Assembly (NCBI GenBank): GCA_012295275.1
Contig: CM022666.1
Location: forward strand, 9,796,001-9,860,000
Direction: 5' to 3'
Length of the DNA stretch: 64,000 nucleotides
Source of the DNA: Chrysomallon squamiferum
Lineage: Eukaryota; Animalia; Mollusca
Of the stretch, positions 1 through 34,559 are shown in pieces. Below the pieces are notes generated by a model. That model did no database searches and had not been told where the DNA came from. It was given only the letters and a program-made list of their open reading frames with translations. Positions within the stretch are counted from its first letter, which is position 1; every line of letters starts with the position of its first letter. The position numbers were made by a program, and so were the translations under genes.

Positions 1-939
1 CTAGTCAGAACATTCTGTCTTGCATAAAATGAGAATAAACTATATAGCAATATTTTCAGTCTGGATTTGTGTGTGCGTGTGTTCGCATACCTATGTCTGC
101 AAGAGAGATATTTGTTTTTAAATCTGCTTAAAGGGATCTGAAAGATTATGCTGTGTGATAAATACCAGTCTCTTACACAAATACACTCATTTCTCTCTCT
201 TTCACCCCTGCAGGAAAACAAATGTATAAGATTTCTTACGACTAACGTGCGAATTACAAATGATCTGATCTTTTTATTTAAAACAAATTTAAATACTCTT
301 TTTTGCTCATGTGTTTATAGTGTGTGTTTGTGTATGTGTATATATGTATATATATATATATGTAAAAATATGTCTGAAGGAATTTTACTGACGATTAATC
401 AGCATTCAGCATATTTTTATTCCTTTTTATTTCATTACTAGTACTTATTTTTTTATTTTGTGAATCGGCAACGCATTAGACATATCTTCCATCTTTCTTA
501 ATATAACAACTACTGATATTTCATAAATTGTAAAATGTGTACATGGAAATAATTTATGATAAACAGATAATTTTGTGTTTTACTTTTTGCCTTCTTTTTC
601 TGAATATTTTGCTGCTAGTTCCAACATAAAAAGGTCATGAAAAAAGTCATGAAAAAATGACTGTTCATCATCACTTCGGATTGCTAATTCTGATTACTGT
701 CACTGACATTTTTATCATTTTGGTTTAAGTAAATTAGATAAATATAAAGAAAAAGAAATGTTAGTTAATAACAAATTACGATAATGAACTATATAGGTTC
801 CTGATTTATGATAACGGTAACTATAGTAACAGATCTCGAAACGAAAATGTTAACACTGTATAACAGGAAACTTGTATTCGTTACATAACGGGCTAAATAC
901 AATAGCGATGCATTCAGCTTTGAATCGGTACATAACAAT

Positions 940-1009
940 GTCAGGATGGCCGAGCGGTCTAAGGCGCCGTCTGGGTCTCCAGGCGTGGAATCGAATACCA
1001 TTTCTGATA
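940..1009 (+). pseudogene. tRNA-Leu-derived pseudogene (anticodon arm largely deleted)
   Basis: GTCAGGATGGCCGAGCGGTCTAAGGCGCC matches the 5' half/A-box of eukaryotic tRNA-Leu (CAA/CAG type). The 3' half AGGCGTGGAATCGAATACCATTTCTGATA is a mutated T-arm/acceptor stem. No anticodon loop; TTTT follows at 1012-1015. Confidence 0.75.
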
Positions 1010-2105
1010 TGTTTTCTTCTTGTATATTAATAACGTAAATAATTATTTATATATTAATAACGTAATTAATCTTTGATTAATAACTTAACATTTTATTTAT
1101 TCATAATATAATTATTTTATTCATTCATAACGTTAAAAATGTATATATAAATAACCTTAATTATTTTATTTATAAATAACTTGTTTATATTTTATTAATA
1201 ACTTAGCTAATGTTTCATTATTAATAACACAGCTATAGAAATCACAACACATTCTTGTTAACATTTTAATATAAATTAATGATATACTGTTAACTAAATA
1301 CAGAGACGTACATTTTAAAAGAGTCGGAGCTACTAGTCACGTAATTCAGTAACAACTGACTGAACAACTAAAAATCAAGACAAGTGATTCTGTTTTCATC
1401 ATTGTGTGGAATCAGTTGGAGTTTAGTACAATGCTAAATGTATTTTCGATCTTGACTAAGTTTTAGTCTGGCAGTCCTAAAACGAATGCCTATTATTAAA
1501 ATTTAAACAGTAAACAAAATAAAATTTAAAATACCTGATGATTCTTCACAATGAGATATTAAATATAAGTCAATTAAATAAGTCAATTAAATAAATTCAT
1601 ACATAAAAAAGATTAGTAAGTTTTATTACTTGGTACTTTACAATATTACTTTAAAGAATTGTGACGTTAAAAACAAAAAAAAAAGATTAAAATAAATAAA
1701 TAAAATAAATAAAAAATAAAAATGCAGGAAGGGAGGTAATTCACAAAGATATTTAATATCGTCGCTACTGGAAGACGTAACAAACCATATTGTAATATTT
1801 TACCAGTCTCTCACGATTTTCTACGTCCACAATTATACAGATAGGTAAATAAACTGATACATGCACTGAACGACAATAAAATAGATGAATGGACATAGAG
1901 AAGAGCGATGGACAGAAAGAATGACAAAGACAGATAATGAAAAAAAACGGAAAGACACAGATAGTTATAACATGCACTATATTTAAAAAGCTATTTATTA
2001 TTAAGAAAGCAAAAAGAAAACATCTTGTATGAATTAGACTAACATCACGTTCCACAGATATTTATCTTTCCTACAACCATGTCTGGATTACCACAGTTTC
2101 TCTGA

Positions 2106-2147
<42 letters not shown>

Positions 2148-2341
2148 CTAAAAGTAAGATCACCAACTAACAATATTAAACTGGTGTTCAAGTAATTACA
2201 AGAATGGATTTAATGTGTTGTATGAAAAAATTAAGACTGAATTTATAATATCATAATAATGAAATATTCTCCACAAATAATGTTCAAAATGGTGTCAGTT
2301 CAAAATTTATTACATTTTCGTAAATCTGAACTATTTCTCAA

Positions 2342-23489
<21,148 letters not shown>

Positions 23490-23689
23490 TTTGTAGTTAA
23501 CAATTTTAATAAGTTATGTATAGCTATGTCTAGTTTCTTTCCATCAGATTTACTGTGCTAATACAGACCTCTCGAACTTTAATTAAACATCTCAATTTAC
23601 TTACAGTTAATCGACTTGAAATATATATATAAAAAAATAATGTTTCTAACTTAAATGATGAAAAAAGAAAAGTAACAGTAAAAATGTCG

Positions 23690-23960
23690 TTTGTCAAACG
23701 CACGAGGCAGGGCGTGCTCTGCGCGCGACAGTCGTAACAATTCGCAAAGACCATTTAATGCGCAGCCTCGCGTCGCTCCATTTGAAGCCTGCAGTCGGCA
23801 TCATACTGTAATTAATTTAATAAGATAGATTTGCTGACTCGCTAATTATCTCCTTAAACGTTTACACTGAACCAATAACTCGTATGATTGGTTCCCAATG
23901 TACAGCTATTGCCGTTAGGTGGCGTGTTCATTGGTCACGTGCCGCCAATGGTCAGGGAAG
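23690..23960 (-). promoter_or_regulatory. Shox proximal promoter: CpG-rich, five CCAAT boxes and an E-box
   Basis: CCAAT/ATTGG at 23872, 23887, 23895, 23930 and 23945; CACGTG at 23936; 200-470 bp upstream of the ATG. Confidence 0.6.
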
Positions 23961-24562
23961 TATTGATGATTGTAAACAGGCGGGTTTTATTATGAATACT
24001 TAATTTTTATCTTCTGTGAAAGCAGAAAAAAGAAACGGATCAATAAAACTGAACAAAAGACAGTATCAGATAGTTCTAAGTGACTCGAGAGACGAAATGA
24101 AACATCGAATTACAACAGTGGAGGCACGCTCCCAATTTAGAAAAAACAACAACATTGGTTTGTTTCTTTTTATTTATTTATTTATTTATTATTATTATTA
24201 TTTTTAATAAGAAATAGATTTCATCTTAAAAAATGTTTCCATTACAATAACGATGTCTCTCTGAAATTCTGTATCTGTCCCTGGAAACGTTAGAGTGGAC
24301 ACAACTATGTAGAATATATTTAATACATATCAATTACTGTAACAAACCACTGAGTTGTACATGGTAAATAAATACTTTTCATAACATAACACAGCATAAC
24401 ACAGCATAACATAATATAACATAATACAATACAGTGCAATACATTATAATAATAATTATACAATCTGTTGAATTTCATATTTAGTAAAATAACCTTTCTT
24501 TCTTTCTCTCTTCTTCTTCTTCTTCTTCTTCTTATTATTATTTCTGACATCACAAACGAACA

Positions 24563-24636
<74 letters not shown>

Positions 24637-24709
24637 TCTCTCTGTTTCTGAGTTTTATTCATTAATTTTCTATTTATTTTCCTTTATATATATATATAAT
24701 ATGTATCTA

Positions 24710-25210
24710 TTACATATTGTTATTTCATTATTAGATATTGTTATTTATCTTTCAGATATTGTTATTTCTCTATTAGATGTTGTTATTTCTCTTTTACATA
24801 TTATTATTTCTCTATTAGATATTCTGAATTTCTTTTAGGCCTACATATTGTTATTTCTTTTTTATATATTGTTATTTATCTATTAGATATTGTTATTTCT
24901 CTTTTAGATATTGCTATTTCTCTATTACATACTGTAATTTAGCTTTTACATATTGCTGTTTCTCTATCAGATTGTTGTTATTTCTTTTTTATATATTGCT
25001 ATTTCTCTATTACATACTGTAATTTGTCTTTTACCTACTGCTGTTTCTCTATTAGATTGTTGTTATTTCTCTATTAGATATTGTTATTTCTCTTTTAGAT
25101 ATTGCTATTTCTCTATTACATACTGTACTTTGTCTTTTACATACTGCTGTTTCTCTATTAGATTGTTTTTATTTCTCTATTAGATATTGTTATTTCTTTA
25201 TTACAGATTT
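24710..25210. repeat. ~22-bp minisatellite upstream of Shox
   Basis: Repeated TAGATATTGTTATTTCTCTAT units, about 20 copies. Confidence 0.85.
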
Positions 25211-25299
25211 CTCTAGTTGAGATAATTATTTCAGTATTGTTATTTTTGCACATGGTATTGTTGTTTTCTCTATTTAAAGAAAAGTTAATTTAATTATTT

Positions 25300-26250
25300 C
25301 AATATGGCGACGTTACAGCGTGAAACGTAGACGGTGGTGTGAGATTGCTTTAAGACGTCGACACGGCACGCCGTGCTGTTCTGACAACTTCGTCAACGAA
25401 AACAATTTTGTACACTGGTGATCTTTAAAATCACACTAATATTGATGCAAGCATTACGCTTGTAATGTGATAATGTCGAAACTTCTTCACCTGTAATCTG
25501 GATTTTCGTGGCTAAATAACTTAGTCAAGTCGACTATTAAGCGTAATGAATAGTTTGCACGTCTCCGGTGGAATAGCGGCGATCGCTTTACACCATTAGC
25601 TTTCAACTTTGACAGGAACGAGGCAAAGGGTCGAACTCTTTCGAATGAAAGGCGAGAAAAGCGTAAGAGATAATGCTTACAGCGCATGTGCCAAAATTGG
25701 AAGAGTATTACGTCTGATAGGTTCATTGGGACGAATAAGAAAAATGAGAGGTAACTGACGTCAATGGAGAAATGTTTTATTTATTTAGTTCGTTTAACAA
25801 CTACAACGAAATTTGTGAATACGAGATGTATTTTATGAAGACGCAAATTAATATGGCTGAAAAAGAAAGAAAGAAACATTTGCCACACAAAGCGAGGAAG
25901 TAATCAGCTGCAGCGTACGGGGTCATGACAACGTCCCGTCCCTCCGGCGAGTGCCTGACAGCTGACGACTTGATAACGAGGTTAAAATGGTAGCAATCTT
26001 CCGTCCGGCCTGGCCAGAGCAAGCATGCATCGTTGTCTAATACGAGAGTTTAACATAATGTCAGCACATCCCTTAATAGACATATTTGTTGTGTTATAAT
26101 CGCTAAATATAATTTTAATCCCAGGGTGCATTTTGTACTCGTGTTTTCATTAAGATTCGGAATAAGATAACTCGTTGTGTTAAAATTACTCCTTAACAGC
26201 CGCGAAATCGATCGTCTGCTGTAGTGAATAGAATAAATTTGTCATTAATC
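25300..26250. promoter_or_regulatory. CpG-rich upstream block (candidate distal Shox regulatory element)
   Basis: CpG-rich unique sequence 1.8-2.8 kb 5' of the Shox ATG; TGACGTCA at 25756; TAAT clusters. Confidence 0.4.
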
Positions 26251-29200
26251 GTTTCTTTCTCTCTGTGTGTGCGCACGCGTGCGTGTTTTTAAATATGCAT
26301 GTGTGTATTTGTATATATGTGTGTATGTGCCTCTATATATTTATATATATGTGATGTGTATTGTATGAGTGTGTGTGTGTGTGTGAGCGCGCGCGCGCGC
26401 GTGTGTACATGGGCGGATCTATCATGAAACTATTAAAGCTTACGTTTTTTAAACCACATTTCTTCAGTAGTTTAATTAAAATCTGAGATGTGTCTAAATT
26501 TTTAAAACCTGTCATGAAACATTGCCTTAGAACAAGATAAGAGTAGTTACTCAGACCTCAAAGGGCCCCTTAATTGCTCAAGCTTCAGAGCCCGCAAAAT
26601 GTAGATCCGCCTCGGAGTTTGTATATGAGTATATATATGCATGCATGTGTGTGTGAATGCGTATTTGAGTGTGTATATGCTATATATGTGTATGTATATG
26701 TGTATATGTGTGAGAGTGAGTGACTGAATGGATGTTAGCATCTAAGAATTTTATCATTTTATGTAGCTAACTCACAATGGGATTTTTATATTTTTATTTA
26801 TTTAATTTTTTTTTTTTTTTTTTTCATAATTTAGTTTCCCTAACTGACATAAACTTCAATAACAACATTGTTGGAAATGAAATACTTGTAGTGCGTGACA
26901 CATATTTATTACAAGCAGCTCACTTGTGGCGTTTCACTGTTATTTGTGTTATTTGAAATATTTCATATCGTGAGTCTACCAAAACGTTATTTTGGTTATT
27001 GTTCTTGGTTGTTTTTTTGGGGTTTTTTTTTGGGGGGGGGATTGTCTTTTGTGCTGAAGTGTATTTTATCTTCAGAATTATCTTGCCCTCAGTGATTGCA
27101 TCTTTGATTACTGGCTACATTAAGAAGTAATAAAAATTAAAATAACGCGTTTTGATGTTTCAAGTTGTTTAGATTGACAGTCTATGACATCGTCCCATTT
27201 GGTCGAATCATAACTACTTGTTTTTTTTTATGTAAGCACTGCCTTTTTGCATGTGCAGTTAATGAACTGGACGCCATTGGTCACCTTGGAAACTGCAGTG
27301 ATTTGAATTAATGAATCTTTTAAAATGGTGAAAAATGTTTTGGTTTTGTATGATGATCTCGTTCTTTTAGAAACCGCAGTCCATTTTTTATATCCATGTT
27401 ATCACTCATTACCATCTTTTATTCAAAACAGGGTTTCGTTTTAAAATTATTGTTATATGTTTCTTCTTTTTATATGCTTTTATTATTATCTATATTTCAT
27501 TCAATATTAGTGGTCTTTGCTCTTAATTGTATCAAGTGTCGGCTTTTAGGGGAGTGCTTGTGATGCCCAAAATAATTTTCTTATGGGCAATACTATCTTA
27601 TCTTATAATAAACATTTTTAAATGGAAATTTTATTATTTTAATTATTATTAAAAATAATAATCGGTTTCCATCTAATCTGGGGCAGATCATTATAATGAC
27701 TGAGGTAACAATATGAACAGAAGTACAACTTCTGAACTCTGTCTACTGATGTTTTAGCTGTTCAACGAAATAGGAGTAAGCCCAGTCTACAGCACATAAC
27801 TGAAAACTGACGAACGCAGAAAGACATTAGAAACAACTTGTATGCGACACAGAATTTCTGTGACAACATGTATCCCACAATATCCTTTCCAAAATAGGGC
27901 AAGACGTGGAAAATTTAGGAAAAGCAAGAAGAAATTGGTACTTGTGCTTTAATGTGTGAAATGTCGCAAAAAAATCAATCATTACTCGTCTCTTAATCAA
28001 AGTCTCTATAAACCTATTACAAATATAAGGAAAAATATATGCGTATTTTAAAAAAAAAATTTGATTCAAGAATCGAATTATTAGTAACTAAAGTTATGAG
28101 AATACTCTAGAACAGAAAGCATTCGTGAAATGTAATATGACGAAAAGTTACGACCACGCTTACCAGAATGTGGATCTGATTTTTTACGAAAACTATGTTG
28201 TTGAGATATATGTATAAATATACATATATATTTTAATTGACCGATTATAATATTTTACACATATATTTACTTTTTTTAACTTAGTGTCCACACAAATAGC
28301 TTTAGTCTGATCTGATCGTGCATACATTTTTAATTTATTTTTATGTCCCAACAATGTTCACTACTGCGGAGATCTGGTAAAACTGTTCTTTAATTTCACA
28401 AATCTGAGCTTTATCATACGACTTTAAATGTTTATTTTTATAGTAGTTTGCCTTCGAATAATACATTTTTATCATGTGTTACCGTTTATCTAAATGCACA
28501 GAAAACTGTTCAAAGCAGACTGGACAAATGAATCTGTTGTTGTTATTTCACTTCGTATGCTTACCAGTGCCTAACCACTGCTCATATCAAGATGCTCGGC
28601 TATTTTCTTGTAACAGAAAAAAGAAATTGAAAATTATCATAGCTTGCTTTTATTTATAATGCATTTTGATGTGTATCTGTGCGTCAATGATCCCGTCATC
28701 CTAATTACGTATCCAAACATTAAAATGTTTAACAACATCCCAGCATAAAAGTATGAAAGGACTGTTCTATGAATTAAACGAATATTAACATTTAATAATA
28801 ATATAATAATAATAATAATCAATTAATAAATAAATAAATATAAAAAATTAACAAAAAATAATAAAAATGAGATTATAATTTCTTTTTAACAGTTTAAAAA
28901 TTTTAATGTCAATAAATTTATAAACTTTAATTGTAAACACTTTTTAACATTTCTGAAAACAAAAACAGACAGAAATGGGAGATAACTTATCACTGAATAT
29001 GAACATGAAATTATAGCTAAAAAGAAAAGGACAATTTAATTTACAAAAAACCAAAAACAATCTTGAATCAAACCAACTAAATAAATTAAATACCTACTAA
29101 CTTTTTAAATTCACAGGTACATATTCACAGTAATAATAATAATATTAATAAAATATTTATATATTATTATTATTATTATTATTATTAAGTAATTAAGTAA

Positions 29201-31038
29201 TTAAGACACAAGAAATACTAACAAACACCATGAAAACAAAAAGATTCACACAAGTTCATACAGCTAAATAACAGTTTTGACTAGAAATTATAAACTGTCT
29301 GTTTTTTTCTAAATAGTTTAGTGTGTGTAAAAGTACTTGAAATGATGTATGTGATTTTTATATGTATGTTACTCTGGTATTTTATAAAACATTAATTCTA
29401 TTTAGTCATGTTTAATTAAAACATTGAAGAAAAATAAAATAATAAATAAAATAAAAAACATTTAAGAAAAATAAATAAATAATTTAAATAAATAAATAAA
29501 TACTCAAAATTTAAAGAAATTCTATTTATAAATAAATAAATAAACAAAATTAACTAAATATATAAAAGAAAAATAATCTCACACATATTACGGTGTGTGA
29601 GCAAAGATTATACATATCTCATATTTTGTAACAGACTAACAAATATACATCACCCTGTTGTTTATAACAAATGACAACACTAATATTTGCAATAATAACA
29701 ATAATTATAATAATAGTAAAGACATTTTGGTAAAAAAAACAAAAACAAACATTTTTTAAAGCTTTATAAAGTATATAACAAGATATAACAATAAATATAT
29801 ATATAAAAAATAATAACATTAAAAAAAACAAAAATAACCTGTTAAAACTGTTTAAACAAGAAGCAATTTAGTTTTAATATTTAAGACAAAACTGTTTTTA
29901 TGTGTAAGAGGAAGACTGAGGGTGAGAAAGAAAGGATAAATGGGTTATCAATCTGTTAGGAGGGAGGAGTCAAAATCAGTTTCAATTAAAAAATAACAAA
30001 TTTATACAATCAGAAAAAAAAAGAGTTAAATATGTAAAGATCAGCTCATTTGGTTCTCTGTTAAGATACAAAGATTACACACTGAAAACCTAACAATCTG
30101 TATCTTTGTGGATTTAAAAAAAAAATGATGTATTGTTCATCAAATGTCTTTATTTTTAATGTTTGATTTGTTCTTTGGTGCCAGTATCATTCACTTTATA
30201 AATATTTAAATATTCAATGTCCTTTTATACTTTTAAATATTAATTATTGTCAAATTTATTGCATTATTATTATGAAGTACTCTGTTTTTATCTTTCAGTT
30301 CAGTTATTTATTTAACATTTAATTTAATTTGCATATTTCAGTAATCTGATTTATGAAATCATTGAAGTAATCTAGTATTTAAATATCTGTGTTTTTGTGT
30401 ACAATATATTAAACAGAAATTGTTAAATCAAATTTCAAAAGGTATAAAAAACATTATTTTAGAGTTAAAACATGAACCATGATATAAACAAAGATAGCAT
30501 TTAGTGACAAACTTTACATTAACAAACCAGATACTCACAATTACAAGTTATACACATATTGGTAATTGTACACAACAAAAATACATTTAAATGTATATTA
30601 TAACATTTAAGTTTCAGGCAAGCAACATCTGTTAATTTGACATACATTTTACAACTATGACAATGATTATTCAATTATTAAGCATCTATATGGAATTTAA
30701 TATATTCCATGCGGACATATTAACAAATACTATAAGCTGTATTATTGCAATTTATTAAAACAGTTATAAAAAAAAAAATATGAAAAAGTTCAAAAACCTA
30801 TTTTTTTTCTGTCCAATCCAGTTTTAAATTCCTTTCCAAATAGTGTAAAAAATATTTATATAAAATAAATAATATTTCAGAAATAATCCATTACCAAGAA
30901 AAAACAAAATAAAATAAAAACTGCTGTAAACTAGAATTAACATACTCCGAAAAAAACAAAAACAAGAGAAAATAAAAAAATATGTGCATCATTTTATATT
31001 TAACACTTTTGCATTTTTCACAAAAACATTGACTGGTT

Positions 31039-31175
31039 TTACCAAAACATGTATGGCCACATGAACATAGAACCTATAGCAGCTCCCGCCAGGACGCCTG
31101 TGGCAATGTCACCACTATAGCGATGACGTCGTCTATTATCAATGTACACAACATTTGGATTGGCAGGATCAACAG
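31039..31175 (-). CDS. PLEKHB2: PLEKHB coding exon 5 (C-terminal transmembrane segment)
   Basis: tttttcag|..VDPANPNVVYIDNRRRHRYSGDIATGVLAGAAIGSMFMWPYMFW*. Confidence 0.88.
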
Positions 31176-32977
31176 CTGAAAAATAATATTTTACATTTCA
31201 CATAAATATTTTACATGTAAACCTCATAAAGGGTCATTCCATGCCAAATCACCCCCCCCCCAATTTAAACCCGAAAAACTCTGATTTTTATGAAACTCGG
31301 TATACTTGTTGACTGGGATCCCACAGCACCAAAACTGAAATTTTAGGCCAATTGGACCAGTGGTGATGGAGATATGGCCCCCAGAATTTTGAGATTTTTG
31401 CCAAAAATCTTAAAATTGGGGGGGGTGGGGGTGATACCTCCTACACCACTGGTCCAATTGGCCTAACATTTCAGATTTTGTGCTGTGGGTCAACAAGTAT
31501 ACCAAGTTTCATAAAAATTTGACATGGAATGACCCTAAACATAAAAATTTTCTATTTCACAAACACTAAATTATTTTGAATATATTAAGACTTTATCTAA
31601 AATAATTCACTATTCGTATTTCATTTTAGAAACTGATAACAATTTATTAATTTAATAATTTAAAAAGAAAAACAAAACATATCTGTTTTAAATGAAATGA
31701 TTTTTAACTACTCCTATTTGCTGTTTGCTGTACAGTACTGGTTAGAACAGGAAAGAAGATGTTTCTCACAAAAGGTAACAGTAATTGTTCTAGTTTTAGC
31801 TGTAACCAGATTCAGTAACAGTTTTTTAAAAACTGAATTTATCTTACTGTAAGGATATCCTGCAGGATTTGTGTAAACAACTTGTTGTCCAGGATAGGAT
31901 ATCACCTGGCCAGGATATCCAGAATACATTGAATATCCAGGATAGGGACCAGTATACACTGTCTGGACATTTCGGACAACAGGTGGATGCACCCCGTGAG
32001 TCATCACTCTGGCCTCTTCAAGAGCAATCTGCCAAGCCCTAAATTTGAATTATATTTAAAAATATATATATATATATATACACATAATATTCATAACATA
32101 CAGTAAGAAATCAGGGCAGAACTTCCACAGAAGATCAAAAATTTATATAAAATGCTTTTTGTGCATGTATGGATGGGAGATAACTTTTGTTAAATTTGAA
32201 ATAAAATTTAAATAATTAATTTTAGCAACAAATGAAACAAATACTGTAGACTAAAAGTCTTATTTCAGCATCACATTTCTAATTAGAAGTTTCTTTCTAC
32301 AAGTGTAAAAAATATTTTTCCCTCACTCTTTTTCCTATCATACTGACATGGTGTTTGACAGCATTATATTTTTATCATTATTGTTACTCCTGTGCACACT
32401 GGGAAAACAGAAAAAAACTTAGTTGCTTGATCGGTGTAATTTGGAGTAAGAGGAAGTATATGAAAGTTTCTGCACATGTGCAGTCATTGGTGTCTATGCA
32501 TGGCACACAATACTGATAGGAGCCTGCACTGCAAAAAAAAACACCTTTTGACAAGCAATTTAATCCTGTAATCCCACTTCAGAAGGCACTGCTGCCATAA
32601 ATTGGGCACCAGACACAATTCCCCCTTTTTTTCATCAGTAACATGCTTATCTCTCTCCAATCTACCTGTCACTCAAACAAACCTCATATCATCAGGACTT
32701 TCAGCACACAAGATGACTGTGTCTCCACTTCTCATAGCAAGTCCAAGAAGACAGTCTCTTGTGAAGTTATCTGGAGGACTCACATCTAGACACTAAAAAA
32801 CCCCAAAGACATACAACATACAAACTTTTTAAAACTGTAATAATATGTATAAACTATAAAAAAACAAACAAACAAAAAACAACCACTGTACACCAAAAAG
32901 AGATGATTGTATTCAAACAAACACAAATCTGATAAAGTAACTACATAAACTGGTTCAAATTTTAACAAAGGAAATGC

Positions 32978-33012
<35 letters not shown>

Positions 33013-34543
33013 CATTAGTAATAATAACAATAGTAGTAATAATAATAATAACAGTAATAACAACAAAAAGAACAATAATAAGAACAGTAATGATCATAGA
33101 AACTAAGTATCCAATAAACCTCATGTGCCGGTTTGATCCTGGTAACTTCAGAAGGTACAACAATCCTCTCCTCAGCCTGGGGCACATCTTGACTTTCAAA
33201 ATACAGAAGGTCACCATCAGTTCTGAGAACAAACCAGTACTTCTTCCAGCGATGAAGAATTGTACCTGTTTTGTGTAAACTGTATCTGAATAAACACTAA
33301 ACCACATTTGTATGAACTGTATCTGTGTAAACAATAAATTATAAATGTGTAATCAGTAAACTACATTTGTGTAAACACTGAGTAAACTGAACCTTTGTAA
33401 ACAGTAGATTTTAAACATGTTACACATGTATCATTCATTGTTAAAAAATTATATATATATTTTTTATGTATTTGATTATTTTCATTATTTAATGATTAAA
33501 AACTGTCCACAGTAACTGATAAAAGTAGACTATCAAAAGGTGAAAAGAACTGATTAAAGTGTGAGAGGTTCAGTAAAAGTATATGGGTCATTCCGTGTCA
33601 AATCACCCAATGGTTTAAACCCGACCGTCTCAGATTTTTATAAAACTTGGTATACTTGTTGATTGGAATCCCACAGCACCAAATCTGAAATTTTAGCCCA
33701 ATCAGACCAGTGGTGTGGGAGATATGGCCCACCGAATTTTGAGATGTTTGGCAAAAATGGGTGTGACCACCAACCTTAGAACCCTCATATCTCAGGAACT
33801 ACTAGACCAATCTTCATAAAATTGGTATTGTTAGAAAGGCAAAATGACAAGGATTCCAAATCTGCCATTGTTGTTCAGTTCGGAAAATATTGGAGTACCT
33901 TGACCGTTTGACCTTTGCTATGACCTTGAAACTGACTGTGTGGATCACGTGACCTTGAGATGATCTTTATTGAAATTTAATCTCCGACATGTTAACTAAA
34001 ACATATAAAAGTTTCCTGGGTGTAATATTTTTTGTTTAGCCACAATATAGATTTAAAAAATGCACATACATGAAAATAACACCTTTCCAGCCATTAACAT
34101 CTGATTAACTAAAACCTGAATGATCAAGTTTGGATGCTAGGAATCACCATCTCTCTTGATCATCGAGTAAGACATTGTAGGCCTACATGTATGCATAAAT
34201 TTGAGAGAACTAGGTGTTTCTGATGCTTAACCTTCTCACCATCTTTGTTTCAAATGCTCACTGTATCCTTCATTCCCAGACATATACCAAGTTTTATAAA
34301 AATCTGAGACGGTCGGATTTAAATTTTTAGTTTTTTTGATGATTTGACATGGAATGACCCATATATAATGTATATGTATATCTGTCTTAACTAGCTAACT
34401 ATTTATATATATATATATATATATATATGTCTGTGTGTGTGTGTGTGTGTCATTGTTTTTAGATGTAATTGTATTCTCAAAAATAAAATGTAAATACTGC
34501 GTCGATGTAGCCAGCCAGCTTTAGCTATGCCTTGCATGTCCAT
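31039..34543 (-). CDS. PLEKHB2: PH-domain family B / evectin orthologue; 5 coding exons (34543-34498, 33265-33120, 32792-32683, 32038-31848, 31175-31039), 209 aa
   Basis: Spliced protein MDMQGIAKAGWLHRRSTILHRWKKYWFVLRTDGDLLYFE...VILCAESPDDMRAWQIALEEAR...YPG-rich...DIATGVLAGAAIGSMFMWPYMFW matches evectin architecture (N-terminal PH, Tyr/Pro-rich linker, C-terminal membrane anchor). 630 nt, phases consistent. Probably a co-orthologue of PLEKHB1/2. Confidence 0.88.
31231..31535. mobile_element. 305-bp non-autonomous TIR DNA transposon (fold-back MITE), 4-bp TSD TAAA
   Basis: Termini GGGTCATTCCATGCCAAAT / ATTTGACATGGAATGACCC; long inverted arms; flanked by TAAA on both sides. Confidence 0.88.
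31848..32038 (-). CDS. PLEKHB2: PLEKHB coding exon 4
   Basis: tttag|.AWQIALEEARVMTHG...NPAGYPY.|gtaaga. Confidence 0.88.
32683..32792 (-). CDS. PLEKHB2: PLEKHB coding exon 3
   Basis: ttttag|CLDVSPPDNFTRDCLLGLAMRSGDTVILCAESPDDM..|gtttgt. Confidence 0.88.
33120..33265 (-). CDS. PLEKHB2: PLEKHB coding exon 2
   Basis: aaacag|..TILHRWKKYWFVLRTDGDLLYFESQDVPQAEERIVVPSEVTRIKPAHE|gtttat. Confidence 0.88.
33585..34360. mobile_element. 776-bp non-autonomous TIR DNA transposon of the same family, 4-bp TSD ATAT
   Basis: Termini GGGTCATTCCGTGTCAAATCA / TGATTTGACATGGAATGACCC; subterminal IR CCGACCGTCTCAGATTTTTATAAAACTTGGTAT; first ~170 bp align with the 31231 element; flanked by ATAT. Confidence 0.9.
34498..34543 (-). 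CDS. PLEKHB2: PLEKHB coding exon 1
   Basis: MDMQGIAKAGWLHRR.|gtattt; an acceptor ttcag 12 nt upstream of the ATG implies a 5' non-coding exon. Confidence 0.82.
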
Positions 34544-34559
34544 TGTTCAATTAATCTGA

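Noticed and set aside
31039-31175. Suspected frameshift in the PLEKHB last exon
   Set aside because: Careful re-reading of the reverse complement shows a continuous frame to TAA.
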